Below, piece after piece: positions 1 through 4,347 of a stretch of 5,154 nucleotides of DNA. The position numbers and the translations under genes are program-made. The stretch lies in the IMG/VR virus record IMGVR_UViG_3300017782_003675. The stretch is one strand, 5' to 3'. Numbering within the stretch: position 1 is the first letter of the stretch; every line of letters starts with the position of its first letter. Under the pieces are notes generated by a model. That model was not told the origin of the DNA. It ran no database searches and worked only from the letters and a program-made list of their open reading frames with translations. This DNA comes from a virus.

Positions 1-123
1 CATTACCAACAGTAACAGTAAGTATAGAATATAGTTGGGAAAATGCAGGTACGGCATATGGTGAACCAGATGCAAGTAAAGTACTAGTTGAAATAGCAGG
101 AAGTAATGTGTACTTAAATACAA
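1..123. repeat. Terminal redundancy, copy 1 (identical to 5032..5154). This is the circular-genome overlap.
   Basis: Base-by-base comparison: cattaccaacagtaacagtaagtatagaatatagttggg...gtgtacttaaatacaa occurs at both window ends, offset by 5,031 nt. Confidence 0.97.
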
Positions 124-1340
124 TATTTACTAGCTCAAGTGTAGTAGAAAACAACGGAATATGGACAGTAACATTTACTAATTATATAGGATTAGCAACA
201 TCACAAACATGGGATTTAGTAGGTGCTACATTAGAAAACACAGAAAATCCTGGAGAAGGAGAACCACAGTTGACAGAATTTCCGTTAGATAATATAGATG
301 ATATGAGAATGGATATACTAGAAGCAGTAAGAAATACAACAGCATTCTTATTAGAACCACAGAGTGTAGCGCCGTATGGATTAGGTTTAGGATATGAAGG
401 AAGTGTAGTTGATGGAAAATATTATAAACTAGCAAGTCAAGAAGGACTCGGGATCAAGACATATCAAAGTGATTTATTTAACAATTGGATTAGTACAGAA
501 TGGATTGATGGTAGTAACGGAATTAATGAAGTTACAGCAGTTAGTACAGCAGGAGATGAATTTACGATAGATAGTTTAAACTTAGCAAATAAAGTATATA
601 ATATGTTAAATAGAATTGCTATAAGTGGAGGAAGTTATGATGACTGGTTAGATGCAGTATATACACATGAAAGAGCTAAAAGTTGTGAAAATCCAATATA
701 TCATGGATCATTGATAAGAGAGTTAGGATTTGAAGAAGTAGTAAGTATGTCAGATACTAAAGTAGCAGGAGAAGAACAACCATTGGGTACGTTAGCAGGT
801 AGAGGAAGATTAACAGATAAAAACAAAGGTGGTAAAATTAAAATTAAAGTAGATGAACCTAGCTACATAATAGGAATAGCGAGTTTAACACCAAGAGTAG
901 ATTATAGTCAAGGAAATAAGTGGGATACAAACTTAAAAACAATGAATGATTTACATAAACCTGCGTTAGATGCTATAGGATACCAAGATTTAATAACAGA
1001 TCAAATGGCGTGGTTTGATACAGAAATTAATAGTGGAATACCAACATATAATACAGCAGGAAAACAACCTGCATGGATTAACTATATGACAAATGTGAAT
1101 CAATGTAGAGGTAGTTTTGCAGAAAATGGTGAAGGTGGTGATAGTATGTTTATGACACTAAATAGAAGATATGAACAAGGAACAACAGGAATTGAAGATT
1201 TAACAACGTATGTTGATCCAAGTAAGTATAATAACATTTTTGCACAAACAAGTTTAGATAGTCAAAATTTCTGGGTGCAAATTAGTAATAAAATTACTGC
1301 AAGGAGAAAAATGAGTGCTAAAGTAATACCTAACCTATAA
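1..1340 (+). CDS. VP1: Microviridae major capsid protein, C-terminal part. It continues 4344..5031, and the first full codon starts at base 3.
   Basis: Frame 3 is open from base 3 (LPTVTVSIEYSWENAG...), upstream of the track's GTG 'start' at 108. The C-terminal blocks are typical of Microviridae capsids: GGSYDDWLDAVY..., QPAWINYMT..., TYVDPSKYNNIFAQTS...FWVQISNKITARRKMSAKVIPNL. TAA stop at 1338..1340. Confidence 0.93.
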   Translation, partial: LPTVTVSIEYSWENAGTAYGEPDASKVLVEIAGSNVYLNTIFTSSSVVENNGIWTVTFTNYIGLATSQTWDLVGATLENTENPGEGEPQLTEFPLDNIDDMRMDILEAVRNTTAFLLEPQSVAPYGLGLGYEGSVVDGKYYKLASQEGLGIKTYQSDLFNNWISTEWIDGSNGINEVTAVSTAGDEFTIDSLNLANKVYNMLNRIAISGGSYDDWLDAVYTHERAKSCENPIYHGSLIRELGFEEVVSMSDTKVAGEEQPLGTLAGRGRLTDKNKGGKIKIKVDEPSYIIGIASLTPRVDYSQGNKWDTNLKTMNDLHKPALDAIGYQDLITDQMAWFDTEINSGIPTYNTAGKQPAWINYMTNVNQCRGSFAENGEGGDSMFMTLNRRYEQGTTGIEDLTTYVDPSKYNNIFAQTSLDSQNFWVQISNKITARRKMSAKVIPNL

Positions 1341-1350
1341 ATAAAAAAAG

Positions 1351-1704
1351 ATGTATAAATATAGAAAAGCAAAAAAAAGTAGCTTAACAAGTGTAGAATG
1401 TGTAGAAGGTGAACCTATCGAATGGAAGATAGAAAGAATTGTTAGTAATAAAGAACCAATAAGCGATGGAGCGCCTGAAATATTTACGGAACGTAAAGAA
1501 GGAGTGAAAAGTGCTTATAATATCCGTACAGATAGATGGGAAATTGCTACAGAAGCAATGAGTAAAGTAGAAGGAAGTATCCAGGCCAAACGAGACGCAA
1601 AAGGCAAAATATCGAAAAAAGACGAAGCCAAAGTGATCAAGTTAAATGTGGATAAAAAAGAAGATAGCGGAGCTAAGCCAACAGAAGGTACAGCAGAGAA
1701 GTAG
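1351..1704 (+). CDS. Hypothetical 117-aa charged protein between the capsid and pilot genes. It may be a scaffolding-like or internal protein, but the function is unassigned.
   Basis: ATG lies 10 nt after the VP1 stop. It is on the same strand with the same A-rich codon style as its neighbours, and has a Lys/Glu/Asp-rich C-terminal tail. No catalytic motif recognised. TAG stop at 1702..1704. Confidence 0.6.
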   Translation: MYKYRKAKKSSLTSVECVEGEPIEWKIERIVSNKEPISDGAPEIFTERKEGVKSAYNIRTDRWEIATEAMSKVEGSIQAKRDAKGKISKKDEAKVIKLNVDKKEDSGAKPTEGTAEK

Positions 1705-1713
1705 GAAAATTAT

Positions 1714-1721
1714 GGGCAGAG
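1714..1721 (+). repeat. GGGCAGAG motif, copy in intergenic region 1. The associated GAAGTAGG is at 1698..1705 and GCAGAGAA at 1693..1700.
   Basis: Exact 8-mer shared with 3702..3709. Both copies lie within 20 nt after a TAG stop. Confidence 0.5.
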
Positions 1722-1760
1722 CTTCAGGCACAAGACCTGGAGCTTTACCCTAATTTTTTA
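1718..1760 (+). terminator. Candidate intrinsic terminator / structured element downstream of the VP1-ORF117 module
   Basis: Stem 1718..1728 (agagcttcagg) pairs with 1736..1746 (cctggagcttt). That gives 11 pairs, two of them G.T, with a 7-nt loop. It is followed by tttaccctaatttttt (T-rich). The stretch is a local GC island in an AT-rich genome. Confidence 0.3.
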
Positions 1761-1765
1761 TAGGG
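1748..1765. other. Small hairpin CCCTA-(atttttta)-TAGGG
   Basis: A 5-bp perfect inverted repeat with an 8-nt T-rich loop, immediately 3' of the previous stem. Confidence 0.3.
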
Positions 1766-1804
1766 ATGGTACGCATCTGTTCTTATATATCAAGAGGTTA
1801 AGAT

Positions 1805-1818
1805 CGCTTTGTAAAGCG
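1805..1818. other. Small hairpin CGCTT-(tgta)-AAGCG
   Basis: cgctttgtaaagcg is a palindrome (6 bp with a 2-nt loop, or 5 bp with a 4-nt loop). It lies about 40 nt upstream of the VP2 ATG. Confidence 0.35.
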
Positions 1819-1856
1819 CGAAACAAAAAATAATTAATAAATAAAAAATAGAAAAT

Positions 1857-2678
1857 ATGAGTGATGGATTAGGAATGTCAGGAGTTGGTGCAGGATTTGG
1901 AAGCCAACTACTAGGAATGATTGGTGGACACCAAGCAGAAAGAAGAAATTACAGAAATCAAAGGAACTTGATGAATTTGCAAATGCAAAATCAAGCAGGA
2001 TTAAATAGGCAAGGTCATGACTTGCAAATGGATATGTGGAATAAAACAAATTATGGTGCACAAGTTGGACATATGAAAGATGCAGGATTAAACCCAGCAT
2101 TAATGTATAAAGGTGCAGGTGCAGGAGGAACGACTGGATCACAAGGTGGTGGAAGTGCTTCAATGGGAAGCAGTCAGCAAGGTAGAGTAATGGATATGAG
2201 CAATTTGTTAATGGGAGCACAAATAGAAAGCTTAAAAGCAAGAGCAAATAAAGATAATGCAGATGCAACGAAAACTGGAGGAATAGATACAGATAAAGCA
2301 GGACAAGAAATTGCAGAAAGTATTGCAAGAGAAAAAAATCTAGGTGCAGATGAAGAATTGAAAATTGCAAATAAAGTAAAAGCAATTCAAGAGACAACGA
2401 ATCTAAAAACAGTAAACCAATGGAATAAAGTAAAACAAGATTTAGATGAATTGAAAAGAGAGAAAAAAGTAACAGGATCCTCAATAGTAGATTTAATGAC
2501 ACAAATAGGATTAGATCCAACAAATAACGAAGCAGATCGAAATACTGTAAGAACGTTATTAGGATTATTCTATGGATCAACAGTAGCTAAAAATGTAATG
2601 CAAGGTATAGGTGGAATGAAAGGAAAAAGTATAAAAAACTTTGGTGATAATGTATTTAAAACTAAAATAATAGAATAA
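1857..2678 (+). CDS. VP2: Minor capsid / DNA pilot protein (VP2, functional analogue of phiX174 H)
   Basis: Gly-rich hydrophobic N-terminus (MSDGLGMSGVGAGFGSQLLGMIGG). This is followed by a Q/N-rich block, then W..TNYGAQVGHMKDAGLNPALMY; the AGLNP motif at 2082..2096 is a hallmark of non-phiX Microviridae VP2. Next come a Gly/Ser-rich linker and a long heptad-like charged helix region (about 2214..2471). The TAA stop directly abuts the rep ATG (TAAATG). Confidence 0.85.
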   Translation: MSDGLGMSGVGAGFGSQLLGMIGGHQAERRNYRNQRNLMNLQMQNQAGLNRQGHDLQMDMWNKTNYGAQVGHMKDAGLNPALMYKGAGAGGTTGSQGGGSASMGSSQQGRVMDMSNLLMGAQIESLKARANKDNADATKTGGIDTDKAGQEIAESIAREKNLGADEELKIANKVKAIQETTNLKTVNQWNKVKQDLDELKREKKVTGSSIVDLMTQIGLDPTNNEADRNTVRTLLGLFYGSTVAKNVMQGIGGMKGKSIKNFGDNVFKTKIIE

Positions 2679-3701
2679 ATGTGTTTGTATCCAAAGCTGA
2701 TACAGAACAGGAAATACCTAAAGAATAAAAAAAATGGGGGGGTCATCCCCCCTATTAAAGATAAGAGAGTATTAATGGTACCCGTGGGGTGTGGAAAATG
2801 TATAGAGTGTAAAAAACAGAAAGCCAGGAATTGGCAAGTAAGATTGCAAGAGGATATCCGAGTTAATGCAAACTCTAAGTTTATAACTTTAACGTTCACA
2901 GAACTCGAATTGCAAAAAATAGATAACGAGATAAAAGGATTAAATGGGTATGATAGAGATAATGAGATATGTAGAATAGCAGTAAGAAGATATACAGAAA
3001 GATGGAGGAAAAAATATGGAAAGACATTGAGGCACTGGTTAGTGACAGAATTGGGACACCAGAACACAGAAAGAGTGCATATGCATGGTATTGTGTGGAC
3101 AGACAAAGTGAAAGACATACAGGAGATATGGAAATATGGAAAAGTGTGGATTGGGGATTATGTAAGTGCGAAAACGATAAACTATATAGTGAAATATGTA
3201 AATAAAACAGATGAGGTACATAAAATGTATAATAGTAAAATATTTACGAGTAAAGGAATAGGAAGTAAATATTTAGAAAGAAGAGATAGTACAAGAAACA
3301 AGTATAAAAAAAAGGAAACAATAGAAACGTATAAAACAAGGGAAGGAATAGAACTTGCGTTGCCAGTGTATTATAGAAATAAAATCTATAACGAAGAGCA
3401 AAGAGAAGCTCTCTGGTTAGAAAAATTAGATAAGGAGGAAAGATATGTATGTGGAGTTAAAGTGGATATAAGTAATGGAGAAGATGAATACTTTAAATTG
3501 CTTAAAGTAATGAGAGAAAAAAACAAAAGATTAGGATATGGAAATGATGAGAAGAATTGGGAATTAAAAAGGTATGAAAATAATAGAAGATACCTAAAAA
3601 AGATAGAAAGATTAGAAAAGTTATATGGAGTAGCAAATTACCAGGCTAATAAAAAAAAATCGATGAGTAGTAGTGAAGTGATGCCAGAACCAATGAAGTA
3701 G
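2679..3701 (+). CDS. VP4: Replication initiation protein (VP4, HUH rolling-circle endonuclease, phiX174 gpA superfamily)
   Basis: Cys cluster: MC..., then PVGCGKCIECKKQKARNWQVR. Motif 1 is FITLTF (2880..2897). The HUH motif is RVHMHGIVW (HMH at 3078..3086). The two-tyrosine motif is NYIVKYVNK (3183..3206), which closely matches the phiX174 gpA active site YVAKYVNK. TAG stop at 3699..3701. Confidence 0.95.
   Translation: MCLYPKLIQNRKYLKNKKNGGVIPPIKDKRVLMVPVGCGKCIECKKQKARNWQVRLQEDIRVNANSKFITLTFTELELQKIDNEIKGLNGYDRDNEICRIAVRRYTERWRKKYGKTLRHWLVTELGHQNTERVHMHGIVWTDKVKDIQEIWKYGKVWIGDYVSAKTINYIVKYVNKTDEVHKMYNSKIFTSKGIGSKYLERRDSTRNKYKKKETIETYKTREGIELALPVYYRNKIYNEEQREALWLEKLDKEERYVCGVKVDISNGEDEYFKLLKVMREKNKRLGYGNDEKNWELKRYENNRRYLKKIERLEKLYGVANYQANKKKSMSSSEVMPEPMK
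2733..2756. other. GC-rich hairpin inside the rep 5' end: AAT-G7 / TCAT loop / C6-TATT, preceded by A8 (2727..2734)
   Basis: Pairs are 2737-2742:2747-2752 (six G:C), 2736:2753 (G.T), and 2733-2735:2754-2756, with a 4-nt loop TCAT. This is the most extreme G/C homopolymer pair in an otherwise AT-rich genome. It encodes N-G-G-V-I-P-P-I using GGG GGG / CCC CCT, whereas GGA and CCA are the predominant codons. Confidence 0.7.
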
Positions 3702-3709
3702 GGGCAGAG
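3702..3709 (+). repeat. GGGCAGAG motif, copy in intergenic region 2. The associated GAAGTAGG is at 3695..3702, and the motif is followed by AAAATG.
   Basis: Exact 8-mer shared with 1714..1721. GAAGTAGG spanning the TAG stop is also shared with 1698..1705. Confidence 0.5.
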
Positions 3710-3752
3710 AAAATGACTAGTTAAAAAAAAAAATGTATATTAGATTAGTCAA

Positions 3753-3781
3753 TCGACAAAATGGGTTTAACTGTATATAAA
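3753..3781 (+). promoter_or_regulatory. Candidate sigma70-type promoter TCGACA-N17-TATAAA upstream of ORF86/ORF101/VP1
   Basis: The −35-like TCGACA (3753..3758) and the −10-like TATAAA (3776..3781) each match consensus at 5/6, with a 17-nt spacer. A TGT lies just upstream of the overlapping ATATAA. AT-rich DNA produces such matches easily, and a Bacteroidota host would use a different consensus. Confidence 0.2.
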
Positions 3782-3854
3782 TTATAGTTCAAATAGAGGT
3801 ACAAAATGTTACAGATATAACAATATAAAAACGTTAATGCTAAAATAAGAAAAA

Positions 3855-4115
3855 ATGAGTTACAATAAACAACAGTACGAACATTTACAAAAATGGAAAA
3901 AGGAAAGGAGGAAATATGAGAAACCGATATGGAGCACCGAAAGTATGTATGTAGATACAGAAACGGGTGAAATAATATTAAAACGAAGATTAGAAAACGG
4001 AGAATACATTAAATTAAAAAGTTCAACTAAATACAAAACAAATGAAAGACACAGAATTAAAACAATCACAAGTGAATGCAGAAAAAACCCACAGCAAAGA
4101 CTCTGGGACTTCTGA
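3855..4115 (+). CDS. Hypothetical 86-aa strongly basic protein. It is a candidate DNA-binding/packaging protein (J/VP5/VP8-like role), unassigned.
   Basis: By my count it has about 21 Lys/Arg against about 12 Asp/Glu. It is the first ORF after the 153-nt intergenic region and lies on the + strand. Caveat: an A-rich genome readily yields Lys-rich ORFs by chance. Confidence 0.45.
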   Translation: MSYNKQQYEHLQKWKKERRKYEKPIWSTESMYVDTETGEIILKRRLENGEYIKLKSSTKYKTNERHRIKTITSECRKNPQQRLWDF

Positions 4116-4347
4116 AAATCAAACAATTAAAAGAGTAGAAATACCAGATAGTCCGTTTCATGTAATAACAATTGAAGGTCAAAGCTTCGGAGTAATGGGC
4201 GATTATAGATTGACAGAAAAATCGGCAAGTGAAGCAGAAGTAAGAGAAGAACTAAGTAAAATAACATGGAATAGAATTGTCCAGGTAGTAATGCTCCTGG
4301 AAGAAGTAAGAACAAAAATTAACAATAAAATTAAAAAAGAAATATGA
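4042..4347 (+). CDS. Hypothetical 101-aa protein, overlapping the previous ORF by 74 nt and stop/start-coupled to VP1
   Basis: It has an ATG start. Its frame is open only from 4018, because a TAA lies at 4015..4017. Its TGA overlaps the VP1 ATG (ATGA at 4344..4347), a typical arrangement for translational coupling. It has a non-repetitive core (VEIPDSPFHVITIEGQSFGVMGDYRLTEKSASEAEVREEL) followed by an amphipathic C-terminal helix. Confidence 0.6.
   Translation: MKDTELKQSQVNAEKTHSKDSGTSENQTIKRVEIPDSPFHVITIEGQSFGVMGDYRLTEKSASEAEVREELSKITWNRIVQVVMLLEEVRTKINNKIKKEI

Noticed and set aside
1-123. Terminal direct repeat as a biological DTR/LTR or transposon end
   Set aside because: It is a direct repeat that lies inside and in frame with the capsid gene, and is exactly what a circular contig with assembly overlap produces. 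No inverted repeats or target-site duplications are present.
108-1340. Track ORF starting with 'M' at 108 as an independent 410-aa gene
   Set aside because: The codon at 108 is GTG, internal to an ORF that is open back to base 3. The upstream sequence is the duplicate of 5032..5154, which continues the capsid ORF from ATG 4344. It is the C-terminal two-thirds of VP1, not a separate gene.
1712-1753. 13-codon mini-ORF MGRASGTRPGALP in intergenic region 1, with AGGA 5 nt upstream
   Set aside because: Its GC-rich codons (GGC, GCT, CCT, CCC) are unlike every other gene here, and it coincides with the hairpin stems. The sequence is better explained by nucleic-acid structure.
1714-1820. Possible tRNA or tRNA-like element in the structured intergenic region
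   Set aside because: I could not build a cloverleaf. There is no 7-bp acceptor stem closing the region and no GTTCRANYC T-loop, and the stem spacing is wrong.
1829-1843. ATAATTAATAAAT, resembling the phiX174 origin core (ATATTAATAAC)
   Set aside because: Only a 7-mer (TTAATAA) is shared, and it sits in nearly pure A/T sequence. The CAACTTG nick context is absent, so this is not distinguishable from chance.
1834-2580. 248-aa − strand ORF, and likewise 226..435, 2570..3118, 3039..3221, 3860..4126, 4127..4315, 4252..4479 and 4480..4800
   Set aside because: All are low-complexity Leu/Phe/Tyr/Ile/His-rich translations lying exactly antisense to well-supported + strand genes. They are explained by the A-rich, C-poor + strand. 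Microviridae encode all their genes on one strand.
3002-3205. 67-aa + strand ORF embedded in rep (+2 frame), next to a GGAGG at 3004..3008
   Set aside because: The GGAGG lies inside this ORF's own first codons, not upstream of it. The ATG that is properly spaced from it (3016) opens only a 4-codon ORF (stop at 3028..3030). The 67-aa product is neither hydrophobic (so not E-like) nor distinctive. It remains testable by conservation, but I see no support.
3795-3820. AGAGGT followed 5 nt later by a 4-codon ORF (MLQI) in intergenic region 2
   Set aside because: It is too short, and no other gene in the genome uses an SD-like element. It is likely chance in AT-rich DNA.
4113-4347. Alternative genetic code (TGA as Trp, as in the Spiroplasma phage SpV4 host), because ORF86 and ORF101 end in TGA
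   Set aside because: Trp is encoded by TGG throughout, and no in-frame TGA occurs in VP1, VP2 or VP4. The TGA of ORF101 forms a classic ATGA coupling junction, so the standard bacterial code fits.
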